Positions 56,987 to 58,093 of a stretch of 58,093 nucleotides of DNA are shown here, one piece after another; within the stretch, counting starts at the first letter, position 1; each line of letters opens with the position of its first letter. The notes beneath the pieces are model-generated. The model was not told where the DNA came from. It saw nothing but the letters and a program-made list of their open reading frames with translations, and searched no databases. The stretch is from Candidatus Buchananbacteria bacterium (GTDB lineage: Bacteria; Patescibacteriota; Patescibacteriia; 2-01-FULL-39-33), in assembly GCA_903888345.1 (NCBI GenBank), contig CAISTG010000060.1, positions 1-58,093 on the forward strand. The letters run 5' to 3'. Position numbers and translations under genes: made by a program.

Positions 56987-57232
56987 ATGGCTACTAATAA
57001 CAAACGAACTCACTCTCCTGTTTCGACCGAAAAGAAGTATTGTTACTTCTGCGTCAACAATGTTCAGGATATCGATTACAAAAATATTAACTTGCTAAGA
57101 AGATTTATTTCCTCTTACTCCAAAATTGTTTCTCGCAAAAGAAGCGGCGTCTGCGCTTTTCATCAACGCAAGCTATCTAACGCCATTAAGCGCGCTAGAA
57201 TTATGGCCTTGCTTCCTTTCGTGACTAAATAA
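56987..57232 (+). CDS. rpsR: 30S ribosomal protein S18 (Zn-binding type)
   Basis: CYFC, IDYKN..LL.RFIS..KI, SGVCA.HQR, AIKRAR.MALLP. Confidence 0.97.
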   Translation: MATNNKRTHSPVSTEKKYCYFCVNNVQDIDYKNINLLRRFISSYSKIVSRKRSGVCAFHQRKLSNAIKRARIMALLPFVTK

Positions 57233-57237
57233 TAATT

Positions 57238-57333
57238 AAGTAAAAAGTCAGTAAAGTCCATAAAGTTAAAAGTAAAACTTTTACTAAAGGCATTAAAGAC
57301 TTTCAACTTTTTACTTTATGGACTTTATAGACT
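57238..57333. repeat. AAAGTC/GACTTT mirrored array
   Basis: aaagtcagtaaagtccataaagtt...gactttcaactttttactttatggacttta in the rpsR-efp spacer. Confidence 0.7.
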
Positions 57334-57341
57334 AAATCCCT

Positions 57342-57914
57342 ATGGCTACCCTATCAACACTTAATGATATCAAAAAAGGAATCAACATCCTTCACGAAAA
57401 TGAGCCTTACCTCGTCGTAGAAGCCAACTTTGTCCGTATGCAACAGCGCAAGCCCGTCATGCAGACTAAGATGCGCAACCTACTCAATGGCAAAGTTGCT
57501 CAGGTCAATTTCCATCCTGGTGATCGAATTGAAGAAGCTGATTTGATGCGTAAAAAAGTTGACTACTTATACAGCGACGGCGACAACTATAACTTCATGT
57601 CCCAAGACGACTTCGAGCAATTCATCTTGCCAAAAGATTCCTTAGGTGACAAAATCGGCTTTTTGAAAGACGGCGATAAAGTTGATGCCTTGTATTTCAA
57701 TGGCAATCCAATTTCTATCTCCCTGCAACCGAAAGTTGAACTGAAGATTGTTTCTGCTCCTGATGGCGAAAAAGGCAATTCCGCTCAAGGCCGCGTCACT
57801 AAACTGGCCGAACTCGAGACTGGCGTTTCCATTGCCGTGCCCTTATTCGTTAAGGCTGGCGATACCATCAGAATCAACACTGAAACCGGGGAATACGTCG
57901 AACGCGTTTCCTAA
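57342..57914 (+). CDS. efp: elongation factor P (non-canonical loop)
   Basis: YLYSDG..Y.FM...FEQ, KGNSAQG..K.A.LETG..I.VPLFV..GD.IRINT.TGEYVERV. Confidence 0.95.
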   Translation: MATLSTLNDIKKGINILHENEPYLVVEANFVRMQQRKPVMQTKMRNLLNGKVAQVNFHPGDRIEEADLMRKKVDYLYSDGDNYNFMSQDDFEQFILPKDSLGDKIGFLKDGDKVDALYFNGNPISISLQPKVELKIVSAPDGEKGNSAQGRVTKLAELETGVSIAVPLFVKAGDTIRINTETGEYVERVS

Positions 57915-57928
57915 CCTAATAAGACTAG

Positions 57929-57957
57929 AAAAATCACCGAGCAATCGGTGATTTTTT
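57929..57957 (+). terminator. terminator after efp
   Basis: AAAAATCACCGA-GCAA-TCGGTGATTTTTT. Confidence 0.85.
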
Positions 57958-57961
57958 AGTA

Positions 57962-58093
57962 TGTTTAGTTAACAGTCAAGGGTGACACTTTTGATTCGAC
58001 CGATGACAGATATTGATTAAATTTTTGTATTGGGGTTAATCCGTTCATATCCTTACCTAAGTGATATCTCTCGTGATTATACCAATGAACATA
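57962..58093 (-). mobile_element. right end of a putative IS481-family element; C-terminal 42 aa of an integrase-core transposase (stop at 57965)
   Basis: Minus frame from the window end reads YVHWYNHERYHLGKDMNGLTPIQKF...VSPLTVN*, matching the YN..R.H....G.TP integrase-core tail; a TGT terminus lies immediately beyond the stop. Below the ORF-track cutoff. Confidence 0.6.

Overview
AT-rich bacterial chromosome segment. Gene content points to a Patescibacteria (CPR) organism using the standard code: alpha2-type GlyRS, a PrgI/TraC-like/VirB4 cluster with giant surface proteins, SD-less housekeeping genes and an aberrant EF-P loop (taxonomy is inference). Left to right: partial pilin-like/cysteine-amidase gene, radA; a minus-strand tRNA-Ser/tRNA-Ser/hypothetical/tRNA-Arg(GCG)/recG unit; a ~20.5 kb minus-strand T4SS-like operon (TSP3-repeat protein, 3181-aa Cys-rich adhesin-like protein, VirB6-like, two hypotheticals, PrgI, TraC-like, VirB4, VirB8-like, ComF); rsmA, DUF1624-like, MFS, FemABX; der-pth-dprA-topA; a surface protein, a membrane-anchored single-domain Clp ATPase, Rel, parAB, three tRNAs, GT4, M16 peptidase, glyS, AI-2E; smpB-tmRNA-infC-rpmI-rplT; rpsF-ssb-rpsR-efp; and the end of an IS481-like transposase. 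The most notable unexplained signals are non-coding: a promoter- and terminator-delimited ~140-nt antisense hairpin RNA between pth and dprA with an anti-Shine-Dalgarno loop (CCCCUCCU), in a window where only orphan genes carry SD sequences; a self-tiling 4 x 19-bp sigma70 promoter array; a large structured rpsF leader; a 190-bp dispersed repeat; and nested palindromic elements. The translation machinery is also non-canonical (EF-P loop MQQRKP, initiator tRNA lacking the 3 G-C rule, AUG-started infC, tRNA-Arg GCG). All calls were made by eye, without database searches.
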